A DNA stretch of 64,000 bases from Neocallimastix sp. 'constans' (Eukaryota), in NCBI GenBank assembly GCA_050613775.1, contig JBODTK010000145.1, positions 1 through 64,000 of the forward strand. The letters run 5' to 3'. Each line of letters starts with the position of its first letter. Within the stretch, counting starts at the first letter, position 1. Below are positions 40,437 to 54,897 of the stretch, piece by piece. The notes below the pieces were generated by a model, which saw nothing but the letters and a program-made list of their open reading frames with translations, did not search any database and was not told where the DNA came from. The position numbers and the translations under genes were made by a program.

Positions 40437-40940
40437 ATGATTTTTAGATTTGGTCAAATTATTACAATTGGTATTTTAGGTGGTGCTGGTGGTTACTTAA
40501 TTTATAAGAGTAAACCCTCAACTCGACGTATAGAAGCAGAATATTATGAAAGACTTGAAGAAGAAAAAAGATTACAAAAAGAAAATGGTATAAATCCTAC
40601 AGAAACTTCTAATGCCAATAATCAAAAAGAAGAATTAGCTTCATCTAGTTCAAAATCCAATGGTAGTGTTATAGATTCCATTAAAAATAGAACTAATCAA
40701 TTAAAGACGAAAACAAGTCAATTAAAAACAAAAATACAAGAAAAAACACCAAAAATTAATAAAGAAATAAGTAATGATGAGGAAGCCTCAACATCAAGAA
40801 ATAGATTCTATAGTAATTTTTATGAAAATTACAGAAAATCTAATGATATGTTATTAAAAGGAAAAGAAAATGCTGGAATTAGAAGAAGATATGAAGATAT
40901 GAAAAGAATTCATAATTATTGTAAAAATAATCATTCATAA
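40437..40940 (+). CDS. Hypothetical single-pass membrane protein (167 aa)
   Basis: Clean ORF with native codon usage. Hydrophobic N-terminus (IITIGILGGAGGYLIY) followed by charged helical segments. Confidence 0.7.
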   Translation: MIFRFGQIITIGILGGAGGYLIYKSKPSTRRIEAEYYERLEEEKRLQKENGINPTETSNANNQKEELASSSSKSNGSVIDSIKNRTNQLKTKTSQLKTKIQEKTPKINKEISNDEEASTSRNRFYSNFYENYRKSNDMLLKGKENAGIRRRYEDMKRIHNYCKNNHS

Positions 40941-41956
40941 AAAAAAAAAAAAAAAAGTAGAAATTTATTTAATTCCTTTTTTTTTTTTTTATAAACAAAA
41001 AATTCAATTTTAAACATTTAAATATCTATCATTCTAATTTACATATTTTATTAACTTATTAATTTATAATAGTATTATTAACATCTTTACAAATAGAACT
41101 TTTTTTTTTTTTTAATAGAGTATTAATAATAATAATAATGAAAGAATAATAAAAAAAAAAGTATTTTAAATTAAAAAAAGTAATAATAAAAAAAAAAAAT
41201 ATAAAAATATAAAATAAAAAGTCTATTAAATCAAAATAATTATAATAATAATAATAAATAATAAAATATCAAAAAAATAAAAAAAATAAAAAAAAAAAAA
41301 TAAATAATAAAAAAAAAAATAATCATAATAATAATTAATAAAATAATACTAAAGAAATTCATTTAATCTTGAAATTGATATTAGTTTAAAGAAATTTAAA
41401 ATAGAATTCAATTTTTCAGTTAAAAATTTTTTCAAAAAAAAAAAAAAAAGGTTTTATATTTTTATTTTTTTTAAAAGTTGTTGTTGTTGTCCAACCTCAT
41501 TCTTATTTCATGGGATATTATCGTATTGTATTATAAATTTTTTTTTTTTTTTTTTTTTTCAAAATAGTAAAATTAAAATTATTTAAAAATTTATTTTTAT
41601 TTTTATTTTTATATTTATATTTATTTTTTATTTTATGTTTATTTATTTAAATTTATATTTTTATAAATATTTTTTTATATTTATTTTTTATTTATAATTT
41701 ATTAATTCAATTAATTGCTAAATTTGTTTATAGATTAACTATTATTTTATCTCTTCTTTGAAAAAGTTTTCTATTTTTTGTTTTCAATGATATAGGTTCT
41801 ATAGAAATATGTATTATTTATTATTAATATTATTATTTTACACATTTTATTATATTTTATTTATTATATTTTATTTATTCATTTATTTATTTATTATTAA
41901 TTTTTTTATTAATTATTTTTATTATTAATTATTTTTTCTCTTTTCTCTTTTCTTTT

Positions 41957-42012
<56 letters not shown>

Positions 42013-42059
42013 TAGTTTTAATCATATATTTTTAGACTTTTATACTTTTATAGTTTAAC

Positions 42060-42090
<31 letters not shown>

Positions 42091-42128
42091 TTTTTTTTTT
42101 TTTCTTATAGTGTACGAAATTTATACTT

Positions 42129-43165
42129 TTAAAGTGGACAAATTTTTGATAGACATTCAAAACCACGAGATTGAGAACGATGTTCTAAATCTACAGCATA
42201 TTGAAGACATTGAATGGCTTGTCCTTCCTTACCCATATTTGATTCATTGTAACACATACCAAGCCAATGCCAACCTTCCCATCCCCAGGAACCGGTTACA
42301 CCTCCAAAGTAGGTGGTTTCTCCACTCTTACCACCGTTGGCACCACGATTCTTATTATTCTTTACCGAACGTTGAAGCCAATATTCGGCAAGTTCATAGT
42401 TTTTGGTTTGATAGTAAAGTTGTCCAAGCATTACACGAGTTGGTAAGTGATCATCATCAATAATACTAACATTATTTAATTGATCAATAAGGGAATCTAA
42501 AGTAATATTCATAGGTTCTACAATTTCTTTTTCTTCTTCATCTTCTTTATCTTCTTCAGTTTTTAAATCAGAAATCATTGGTGGCTTTCTATTTGAGGTA
42601 ACAGAACTAATACTTGATTTTTTTTGATGTTGTGGTTGTGGTTGTGACTGTGACTGTGATTGTGATTGGGATTGGGATTGTGATTGGGATTGGGATTGAG
42701 ATTGAGGTTCCTTTCCAGAAGCTATAGACTTTGTGTCACCAGTTTGATTTGTAACTACTATTTTAATATCTTCTGTGGTGGGTTGATTTTCAGAATTTGG
42801 TGAGTTATCCTTATCATCTGATAATACAAATTTAGCATCAGCAGTTTCTTTATCGGATAAATTTAATGAATTATTGGTAGATTCAGTTAAAAATTCATCA
42901 AGATCAATTTCAAACATCTTTGATTTTTTTAAATATCTTTCGCAAATTGGATTAGATTTTTTAACTTTACTTTTTAAACGTCTAAGTTGATCATATTGAA
43001 TTTGAATTCTCTATATTATATAATAATTCAATTCATTATTATTATATTATATAGTTAAATATATTTATATATATATATATATAAGATTTTTTTTAATAAT
43101 TAATATTTATTCATATATTATATATATATTTTATTAATTTATATTTATTATTATTATTATTATTT

Positions 43166-43202
<37 letters not shown>

Positions 43203-43249
43203 ATTATTACTATTTTAATTATTTCTATAAAATATTATAAATAAATCAA

Positions 43250-43282
<33 letters not shown>

Positions 43283-44160
43283 AATATATATATATATTTA
43301 TATATATATGGATATGTTTTTATAGATATATTATTAAATTATATTAGAGAGTATATTATAATATAAACCTCAAATTCTAAATCAGCAATCACTCTTCTCA
43401 TTCTGCTACTAGTAATTTCCCATGGAGAATCACTCTTTTGAACTTCTGCCGGATAGGCAATACCAAGTAATGAGATAGCACTCTTGGCTGAATTCGTTCT
43501 ATGAATTCTTGTAGAAGAAAATGAGTTTATTTCAGATACGTTATTGACATTACCTTCTTCAAGTATTTCACTAAGATTAGATTTACTTCTATTACTTCTG
43601 ATACTGGCATTATCTGCAGGTGGTTGACTAGATATTATTGAAGCTGTAGCTGAAACTGGTCTATTACGAATGGTCGAATAAACTTCATTCTTCTTTTTAT
43701 TATTGTAAATACTACTACCCTTATTACGATTTTCATATTCAATATGACCCATAATTTTAGCTAAACGTTTAGCTTCCATTATTGCCTTATAAGCTTCATT
43801 GAAGGCACCCAATTGTCTTGAAATATTTGATGAAATAATCCAAAGCGTAATTAATAAATCAAGTTGACGGAAATGAAATGGTGAATAATTTTGAGCTTGA
43901 TTTGAAGTAAATGCTGAAAATGAAACGGTATCTAAAGTACGATCTTTATAGTACAACAACAAAAAAAAAATAAAAATAAAAAATAAAATAAAAAAAAAAA
44001 TAAAAATATAATAATAATAAATAGAAATTTTTTATAAAAATTTAAATAATAAATAAATAAATATAAATATAAATAAATATGGATAAGAAATGAATAATAA
44101 TAATAATAATAATAATAAAAGATTAAAATAAAATAACAATTATATTATATTAATAAAGAT

Positions 44161-44201
<41 letters not shown>

Positions 44202-44229
44202 ATTATATTGATTGTATTATATATTGATA

Positions 44230-44260
<31 letters not shown>

Positions 44261-45636
44261 GATTTTTATATATAAAGTATTTACTTTGACCGTATTGAAT
44301 AGAATAAGAATTTAAATCAGTATTATCCAAACCATTTTGTACCATTAAGCTATTTCTTTGAATACGAATACTACTACAATCACTTATTTCTGGAGCAACA
44401 ACTTCACCAACCCCTGGAATATTATTACTTACGAATAATTTCATATAGAGTGTGAATAATGATTGTAATAATTTAATAGATTCTTGTGCACCAAAATGTT
44501 TAACATGTAATAAGAAATGTGTAATTTTGAAACTATTATTATATTAAAAAAAATATATATATATTTTATAAATAATAAAATATATTATATTAATATAAAT
44601 ATAAATATACATTTATAAATATTAATAAATATACATATATATATATATATTTATTTATTTATTTCATTTTATTTGTTTATTTTTTTATTCTTTTTTATTT
44701 TATTATATATATATATATAATCTTACTTTATAAGTTCTTCTCTATTATCACGACTAACTAAATCCCATCTGAATTTTGATTTATTCCTAATAGCTTCTAA
44801 AGCAGATAATGAATCACCATTACTTGATTCATCGCCATCTTTTGGAGTATCTTGAGCTGATTGTAATTGGGTTAATTTAGTAACCGTTGTCTTCCAACCA
44901 ATTTCACAAACTTTTAAGGCTTGTGGGATATTTCCTTGTGCTGAACATAAAAGAGCTAATAAATTCCAGGATGGAACGTTATCAGGATTAATTGTAATGG
45001 ATCTATTTAAATATTCAATAGCAGAAGGAATCTAAATAATAATGATAACAATGATAATAATGATAATAATAATAATAATAATAAATATATTTAATAATTA
45101 TAATATTTTAATGATTATAATAATATTAATTATACAAATTAAAATAACATTAATTAATTTTTATATTTATTGATAATTAATATACACAATCTTACTTCTA
45201 ACATTTCAGCTTTTTGAAGTGCTAACTGATAATAGACATCCCATTGTTTTTTATCATAACGAATACATAATTCATATGAATTAATAGCAACATTACTATA
45301 TTCATTTCTTAACTTGTTATCACGAACTAAAATTTTATTAATTTATTTTGATTATCAATATATATATATATTGATAATATTATTTTATTATTTTATTATT
45401 TAATATTTATAAAAAATATATATTTATATATATTTATATATTATAATTTTATAAAAAAAGAAATTAAATAATAATGATTTACTTACTTTCAAGTGCAAGT
45501 TCACCGTAAATTATACCACGATATTGTAATAATTTAGTTAAAGTTTGTCTATAATCAGGTAAATTTTCACCAATATTATTAAACAATTTTAAAGCTTTAT
45601 CTACATTCTTTAAAGCAACCATAATCTATTTAAGAA

Positions 45637-45681
<45 letters not shown>

Positions 45682-46311
45682 TTAAATAAATTAAAATAAA
45701 TATAATTTGAATAACATGAATAAATATAACATGAATAAATATATTATATAATAGTTTATATTTTGATATAACAATATAAGGTTGATATATATATATATAT
45801 ATTAAAAAAAATGAAAACTTACAGTATTAATATCACCTTCAGCAATTTCAAGAGCAACACGAACACAGGCAATGACAACACCAACCATATCTGTTAAACT
45901 TTCACCTTCAACATTATTAATAACTAAAGATGAAATTGGACTATCTGTAGTTGGTGAACCCCAAGCATCTTGTGACATAATGGAAACTCTCTTCTTCAAA
46001 CTTGGAGTAACCACCATTGCTTCTAATTCTTCTTGCTTTTTTCTTTCAGTCGTTTTAAGAGTTTCAAAAATTTTTTCAAAATATTCAATATATTTTAAAA
46101 TAGAGGAAATGGCCTCTCTTTTATCTTCTCTTGATAAATTATCACCAAAGTTAACAACCATATAGGTAAAAGTATGGGCAATCCAACGAAGAATTGCTAA
46201 TGACTGATAAGTGTGACGAGTACCACGATAAAGAATCTTTTAATAATAATAATAATAATAATAATAATTATTATTTAAAAAATAAAAATAGTGAGTTAGT
46301 ATAAATAAAAA

Positions 46312-46342
<31 letters not shown>

Positions 46343-47106
46343 TTTTAATAAAACAAAAAAAAAAAAAAAAAAAAAAAAAAAACTAATTGCAATTTTTCCT
46401 TTCTTTTCTTATATATATATATAATTATAATAATATATAAAATCATTTATTAAAAAAAAAAAAAAAAGAAAATTATTTTTCTATTTCTATTTCTATTTCT
46501 ATTTCTATATTATTACTTCTAATAATCTCTTTTTCTTTTCTAAAGCTTCAGCTTCAGTGGTTCTTGCAATACCACACTCAACAATAGTCCAATACCTATA
46601 ACATTCAACAATTCTTTCATTTCTTTCTAATTCTAAACGTGTAGCATCTTCACCCTTTGGGAATTGTTGACAGTTACAAACTAATTCTTCATAATTACTT
46701 AATAAAGAATATAAATCACGATAAAGTGGCTGAGGAATAGAATAACTTGAAGAATAGACAGGGATACCGGAAACAGGTGATTCCACATCTCTATATGGTT
46801 TTAATAATAAGCCAATTAAAGTTCTATTAATTGGAATTGGCTTAAATTTCTTATGTGGTGGTAATTCCTTACAAAGTGATACTACAGTATTATATAATTT
46901 GAATATTTTTTCGGCATTAACCATATCACTTTAATAATATAAGAATAATATTATTAAAAACATTTGAAATTTTATGATTATATAGATAAAATCATTTATA
47001 AACATTATATAAATATATTTAAGAATATATATATAAAATAAAATATATTTATATATATATAAGAATTTTATAAATAAATGAGTATTATAAAATTATAAAT
47101 TAACAA

Positions 47107-47140
<34 letters not shown>

Positions 47141-47516
47141 GTGTTTTTAGGTATATATATATCAATTATATTTTTTTTTATTAAAAATATCGTTAAACTA
47201 TTATTATTATATATATATAAAAAGAAAAAGAAAAAATAAAAATATAATATATACCCTTTATTGTATGTTAATAAACCGACTCTATAAAGAGCTTCTTCTG
47301 ACCAATCAATCCATTGTTCACTTATATTATCCGGTACATTGATAATGTCTTGACCTCTCTTTGATATATCAGAAGTTGTAATACTTTGATTATCCACATC
47401 TAATTGAGATTGTAAATTAAGATGTTTTTCTACTATATCAACTACATTATTATAACATTCAATAGCATCATCCTTTTTTTCGGATAATTCATGTGATAAA
47501 CCTTTATTATCAAAAA

Positions 47517-47553
<37 letters not shown>

Positions 47554-49008
47554 ATGAAAAAATAAAAATAAAACTATTTCAATTTTTTGTAATTTGTAAT
47601 TTAATTGATTATATGATTATATAATTATATTTAAATATATATTTAAATTTTATTACATATTTATTACCCTTTAATGTCCATCCCATAATAACACCAATTT
47701 TATTATATTTTAAATTTGATGAAGAATCTTCATAATTAAGTTGTACATCATTTAATAATTTAATAGCTTCATCAACTTCACCAATTTCTAAATTGCTTCT
47801 TGCTAATAAAATTTTTGCTTGCTAATATCAATGCATAGTTATACATTAATATTAATAAATTTATAATACAATATTTGTAAAATAAGATATAAAAAAAAAT
47901 ATATTCATTAATTTAATCTGTTTGGAAATTATTCATATAATTATTATGTAATATTCTATGAATTAATAAAAAAAATATTTTCTTTATTTACTTGTGTGTA
48001 AGGACTATTTGGGTTACTATTTCCATTTTCGATAGCTTTTTTTAAATAATTTTGAGCTTCCATTAATGAATCCTTAGGAATAGGTGGCTCATAAGATAAT
48101 TTAGAAGGGGTATCAGAATCATAGGCAACATGTTTTCTTCTTAAATTTAAATTAACATTTAATGAATGTTCACCATAAATTAATTGTTCCAATACTGTAT
48201 ATTTATATATATATATCAAATATTAAAAACAATATTAAAATATCGAGAGAATTTCATTTTATAATTAATTATAAACAAAAAAAAAAAAAATACAACGAAA
48301 AAAATAATATTAATTTTTAGAAAATATATATAATATAATAATATAAAATTTCCAGAACATATGAATATATAAATGTTTATAACTTGATTTTATGTGTGTA
48401 TGATATATTGCAAAATTTGAATTTACTTATAAATTTTTGATTTGAAAATTGTTAATATTAAAAATTGTTTATCATTATTGATTCATTTATTCGTTTATTT
48501 ATTTATTTATTTATTCGAGTTAAATATTCATTATGTTGTATTTAACCTATCAATATAAAAATCTGTAATATCAGTTTTTTATATAAATATATATGTCAAT
48601 CTTCCAGTGTATTTACTTTTATTATTTTGAATATTTTTGTTTTTCTATATTATTTTAATATCATTTCAATAAATTGAATGTCTTGGAAATTATTTTATTA
48701 TTGTTTACTGTTTATTTTTATTGTTATTATATACTTTCTGATGTTTTTCCATTTATTTAATGTTCATCCACATATTACTTTTAATATTATTTATTAGATT
48801 TGATATTAATTCGCATAAAAAGCAACACTAATAATCATTATTGTTCATTCTTTATTATTATTATTATTATTATTATTTCTTTATTCTAACCTGAATAATT
48901 AGGATATTTCGAGATTTTTTTAGCTAATTTTGGTAATTTTTGCCATTGTCCATGACAACGACTGCTATCAATTTCTTCTTCAATACGGTCAGTTTTTGAA
49001 GCAGACAT
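42129..49008 (-). CDS. YPP1: TTC7/Ypp1-like TPR protein (PI4-kinase complex scaffold), about 1275 aa; exons 49008-48891, 48194-47992, 47821-47668, 47501-47255, 46928-46517, 46236-45823, 45625-45487, 45326-45196, 45031-44727, 44532-44285, 43943-43369, 43010-42129
   Basis: The N-terminus RIEEEIDSSRCHGQWQKLPKLAKK resembles the TTC7/Ypp1 start. TPR segments include WDVYYQLALQKAE, VPSWNLLALLCSAQ and WHWLGMCY..AIQCLQYAVDLE. All 11 GT-AG introns are phase-consistent and the spliced length is 3828 nt. Confidence 0.8.
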
Positions 49009-50664
49009 TACTTTTTTTTTTTTATTTAATAGAAAGAAATTTATTAAAAATAATTGTTTTTTTAATTGGTTTATTTATTTATTTATTATAATTATTATTA
49101 TATTATTATTATTATTGAAAACAATGGATGAAAGATGTAAAGAATAAAAATATAAATATAAATTATACATAAAATATATATATATATAATATATTATTAA
49201 TAAAAGATAATAATAGAATAATTATCGAATATTGTTAGTAAATTAAAGCAAATGTTACATTAAATAAAAATAACATAAGTAATTAAAAGTTAATAATTCT
49301 ATTTACTTATTTATTTATTTATTTATTTATTTTATTTTAACATTGTATACCTTTTATTTTGATTATCTATTTTATTTAAATAACAATTGATTTATATTTT
49401 TTCTATTTTAATATATGATATAAAATAATGTTTTTTCCTTTTTTAAGTATTTATTTTAATATTTCATTTCTTTTTTTATATATATAATTATTTTTATTTT
49501 CTAGTTTTCTTTTTTTATTATTAATAGTTTTAATAAAATATAAATAAAAAAAAAATAGTTTATAAATTATTTATCAAAACAAAAAAAAAAAAAAAAGTAA
49601 AATATAAATGAATAAATAGATAAATAATTAAATAAATAGATAGTAAATAATATAATAAAATAATATATGTTTCCAATATATTATATAATAATAATTATTT
49701 AAATTATTGGATTTAATAGAATATTAAATATTTGATTAACAATATTAATATAAATTTATAAATTAACTTTATTTAAAAAAAATAATAATTAAAAAAAAAA
49801 AAAAAAAGAATTATAATACATTTTTTCTTTTTGTTTTGATTTAAGGTTGTAGGACGTAATACAGTTTTCTTCAAAAAAAGAAAAAAAATTTAAATATTCC
49901 ACTTTAGTATTTAATGCTTAAAAAATTTTTTTTGGTACACCTTAAAATTGCAAATAACAGATAAAATATAACCCTTATATTTGAATTCTATATTGTAAAT
50001 AACCATAAAAATTATTATTTCTTTATTTATTTAAAAAAAATTTTTTTCTTTGAATAATTTATAAAATATATTTTTAAAAATTTAATCATAATTTAAGTAG
50101 AATAGACAAATTAGTTATTTACTTTATATATATATATATATATACTTTTTTATTTGCTTTATGTTTAACACCTTATAGTATATAATTTTTTACTATAATA
50201 ATAAGTAATATATTTAAATAAATTGTACTTATATTGATATAATAAAATTTTTAATATTTTTATCTTATACTGTAAAAATGTAAATAATATAAAACCTAAT
50301 ATAATTATATATCTTTAGATAAATTAAAATTTTTTATAAATAATACAAAGAACACAATAATAATAGATTTTCATAAAATGAAAGGTATTTTATTAAAATA
50401 TATTAATATTTGAAATAAATATTATATTTTCAAATGAAAAAAAAAAAAAAAAAAAAAAAAAAAAGAAAAAAAAAAGCTAGTAAATATTATGATCAATACA
50501 AATAATAACAAAAATAATGTGATTTAATAAAGTAATATAAAAATTAACATAAAATGAGAAATTATTGATTAATAATAATGAATAAACAATAAATATATAT
50601 TTTATTATAATTATTCTTCTTTATTTTATTTATGATAAATAATCCTTTTTTTTTTTTTTTAATA

Positions 50665-50704
<40 letters not shown>

Positions 50705-50824
50705 TTTACAGTCTATTTTTATACTATTATTTTTTTTAAAAGTTCTACTTTGGTATATAAATTAAATTTTCTTTATGAAAAATGAAAAAGAAAAAAAATT
50801 TTTTTTTTTTTATTTTCTTTTAAT

Positions 50825-52931
50825 TTAGTTGCATGTATCCTTTAAAACTAAGGTATATTCAGCTTTTTCAGCATCTGTATCATCTTCATTCCATGGTTGC
50901 TTGTAAACAAAAGATAATTTTGGTAATTCCTTACCACAGGCATCATTAACCTTGAATTCAAAGACGAAGTTACCACTAACACCATCCATTTCTTCGTCGT
51001 GTCCATCTTCAACATAATCTTCCTTAACTTTTTCAACAATACCAGAGGCAGCAATTTCTTCTTCATTGACTAATAACCAAGAATAACCAGTAGTTGGGTT
51101 ACCTTCTAATTCAACAGTGAAAGTTTCATTGTTTTTAACATCAATTTCCTTTTTGTCATTAGTTTCAATTTGTTCACAACCACTTAACTTTAAAGTGTAT
51201 TCAGTCTTTTCAGCATTAGTGTCATCTTCATTCCATGGTTGCTTGTAAACAAAAGATAATTTTGGTAATTCCTTACCACAGGCATTATTAACCTTGAATT
51301 CAAAGACGAAGTTACCACTAACACCATCCATTTCTTCGTCGTGTCCATCTTCAACATAATCTTCCTTAACCTTTTCAACAGTACCAGAGGCAGTAATTTC
51401 TTCTTCATTGGCTAATAACCAAGAATAACCAGTAGTTGGGTTACCTCCTAGTTGAATAGTGAAAGTTTCATTGTTTTTAACTTCAATCTCATTAGTTTCA
51501 ATAGCAACTTGAGCACAATCTTCATCATCATTTAACTTTAAAGTGTATTCAGTCTTTTCAGCGTTAGCTTCTTCTTCATTCCATGGTTGCTTGTAAACAA
51601 AAGATAATTTTGGTAATTTAATACCACAAGCATTATTAACCTTGAATTCAAAAGTGAAGGTACCACTAACACCATCCATTTCATCCTTTTGTTCACCTTC
51701 AATGAAATCTTCCTTAACCTTTTCGACAACACCAGAAGCAGCAATTTCTTCTTCATTAGCTAATAACCAAGAGTAGCCAGTCGTTGGATTACCTTCTAAT
51801 TTGACAGTGAAATTTTCACCATTTTTAACTTCAATAATCTTATCTTCATAATGTTGTTGGTCGTCTTCATCATCCGTGGAAGCTTCACATTCTTCTTCAT
51901 CTAATTTTAAGGTATATTCAGCAGTTTGAACTGGTTCATCATTTTCCCATGGTTTTTCATAGTTGAAAACTAATTTTGGTAAATTTTGACCACAAGCCTC
52001 TTTGGAAACTTCAAATTCAAAAATAAAAGTACCACCGACACCAACCATACCTTCTTCACTTTCGTCAGTAATGTAGTTGTTACTTAACTGTTCAATAAAT
52101 GGGGAAGCGCTGATTTCATCAATATTCTTTAAAACCCAAGAATAACCGGTAGTTGGATTACCTGCTAGCTTAACTTGGAATGGTTCGTCAACTTTAACAG
52201 CAATATCTAAACTACCATCAGCTTCCATCATTTTTTGTTGTTTCTTTTCACAATCGACCTTTAATGTAATTTCAGAGGTAGCTGCTGGAGCTTCAGTTTC
52301 CCAGGATCTCTTGTAAACAAAGGATAACTTTGGTAATTCCTTACCGCAGACTTCATTAGCTTTAAAACTGAAGACAAAGTTACCACTGGTACCGTCCACT
52401 TTTCCAGAGTTCTTTTTTTGGGTAAAATTTTGACCAATGAGAACAATACTGGAAGCCTTAACTTCCTCTTCATTGTCTAAATACCATTGATATCCAGTGG
52501 TTGGATTACCGGCTAAGTTAATTGAGAAATCAGTGTTACTAGAAACATCTAATTCAAAATTACCTCCTTTTTGTGGAACATCGACACTGTTATCAGAACC
52601 AGTAATTTTATCAATTATTCCTGAAAAGAAATTTCCACTATATTATATATTAATACATATATATATGTAAATATAAAAACATTTTTTATTTTTAATTTTC
52701 AAAAGAAAACAGAATTTGAAATTAAATGTAAATAGATAAAATATTAAATATATATGTAAGAGAGTAAACCATTAGTTATTAAATAAAAATATTTGAGTAA
52801 CATATATAATATTGATATTAATAATTAATTATTGAATAATTATTATTAAGGGATACATACGGTAATGTGAATGTATTGGCAATTGATACGAATGAAATAG
52901 CTAGAGTTGTAAAGTAAAAATAGTAATTCAT
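50825..52931 (-). CDS. Secreted five-domain chagasin-family (I42) cysteine-protease inhibitor, 627 aa; exons 52931-52861, 52637-50825
   Basis: Signal-peptide-like exon 1 (MNYYFYFTTLAISFVSIANTFTLP). Five GNPTTGYxW motifs, each followed by a G-x-S/G-G loop and a Y-x-x-P/S-W motif (YKRSW, YEKPW, YKQPW), matching the three inhibitory loops of chagasin/ICP. Confidence 0.9.
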
Positions 52932-54032
52932 TTTTATTATAAAATAAAAAATACTTTTAATTATTTCTCTTATATTAATCTATAATAAATATATATAACA
53001 ATTTTAATATAAATTATTTATTATCGTTACTATATTTAATATACAAAAAAAATTTTTTATTAGAGAAAAATTCATCATATTTATATATCTTCAAAAAAAA
53101 AAAAATGGTTAAGTAAATGCTAAAATTAATTATTTAATATAACACACATGCTTAGTATTGTTAACTTTTAATTTATGAAAATCAATAAAATCATATAGAA
53201 TATTTATAAAAATTTTTATATTTATTAAGATTTAAAATATATTGAAACTAATTTTTAATTTTTTTATTTATTTATTTTTTATTTATTTTTATTTATTTTT
53301 TATTTATTTTTATTTATTTTTTATTTATTCATTTATTTATTTATTTTTTCATTTTTTTTTTTTTAAAATATTTTAATATTAAATGGAAAAATTCATATGA
53401 AAATTTTAAAAGATTTCCACAATAAAAAAACAATATTAATATAAATGATTAATATTAAAAAATAAAATTATTGAAAAAAACATACCGCTATTGAATATAT
53501 TATTTTTTATCAATTTATATTAATTTTTATTTTCCTTAATTCAAATACTAAATGGAAAGATAATGTTAAACAAAAATAATTTAAATGTTGCTAAATTATT
53601 TAAATCAAAGTTCATATATAATTTGTTAAAAATAATATATATATATAAATTTATATAATTTGGTTATTAAATAATGATTTATAATCTAAAAAAAAAAAAA
53701 AAAAAAAAAAAAACATTAAAAATATATTTTTTTAATATTATTAAATGTATCATTACAAAATCTATTGTTATTATATCTATGTTAATATTTGAAGTTATCC
53801 ACAATTAAATATTATTATTTTTAATTATTTCACAGACAACATACAAATAAAGATACTACTCAAAAATTAGAAAATGGAAAATATTATGAGTCAATATATC
53901 TTAACTCATTATATTTATATATCTTTATTATTGTTTATTTGAATGACTTTTAAATTTCAAATAAATAATCATAAGAATTAGTTTTCTATATAAAAAAATA
54001 TATATATTAGTACTATCTAATAAGCATATTTA

Positions 54033-54077
<45 letters not shown>

Positions 54078-54088
54078 TAAAAATAATT

Positions 54089-54126
<38 letters not shown>

Positions 54127-54310
54127 GTTGTTGTTAATACTAATAAATAATTTAAAATGAATAATAATAGATAAAAATAAATTATTTGCCTATTAATATA
54201 TAAATATTAATCCTTATTTTTCAATTTATTTATAATTGTTTTACATTTATAGACTTTTAAAATTATATTAATGTATTATTAATGTATTATTATGATTATT
54301 TAATTTTTGG

Positions 54311-54349
<39 letters not shown>

Positions 54350-54545
54350 TTAAATTATTCATTGTTTATAACTAAAAATTTCTATTCACCTAAAAAGGAA
54401 AAGCGATCTTTTTTGGATAATATTAATTTTATCCTTTGAATATCTTAAATTAATATGTAATAATAGCTATTGAAAATAATAGTTATTAAAAATAATACTT
54501 ATTTTAAATAGTATTTATTTTAAATAATAGTAATTAAAAATAATT

Positions 54546-54897
54546 GTTATTTAAAATGATAATTATTAAAAATAAAAGTTATTTAAAATGATAATTATTA
54601 AAAATAAAAGTTATTTAAAATGATAATTATTAAAAATAAAAGTTATTTAAAATGATAATTATTAAAAATAAAAGTTATTTAAAATGATAATTATTAAAAA
54701 TAAAAGTTATTTAAAATGATAATTATTAAAAATAAAAGTTATTTAAAATGATAATTATTAAAAATAAAAGTTATTTAAAATGATAATTATTAAAAATAAA
54801 AGTTATTTAAAATGATAATTATTAAAAATAAAAGTTATTTAAAATGATAATTATTAAAAATAAAAGTTATTTAAAATGATAATTATTAAAAATAAAA
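54546..54897. repeat. 32-bp minisatellite, 11 perfect copies (GTTATTTAAAATGATAATTATTAAAAATAAAA)
   Basis: Units start at 54546, 54578, 54610 and so on to 54866. Confidence 0.95.

Noticed and set aside
50848..51756. Three similar 72-aa ORFs
   Set aside because: They are alternative-frame readings of the repeated chagasin domains.
54546..54897. CRISPR-like array (32-bp repeats)
   Set aside because: The repeats are contiguous with no spacers, the context is eukaryotic, and there are no cas genes.
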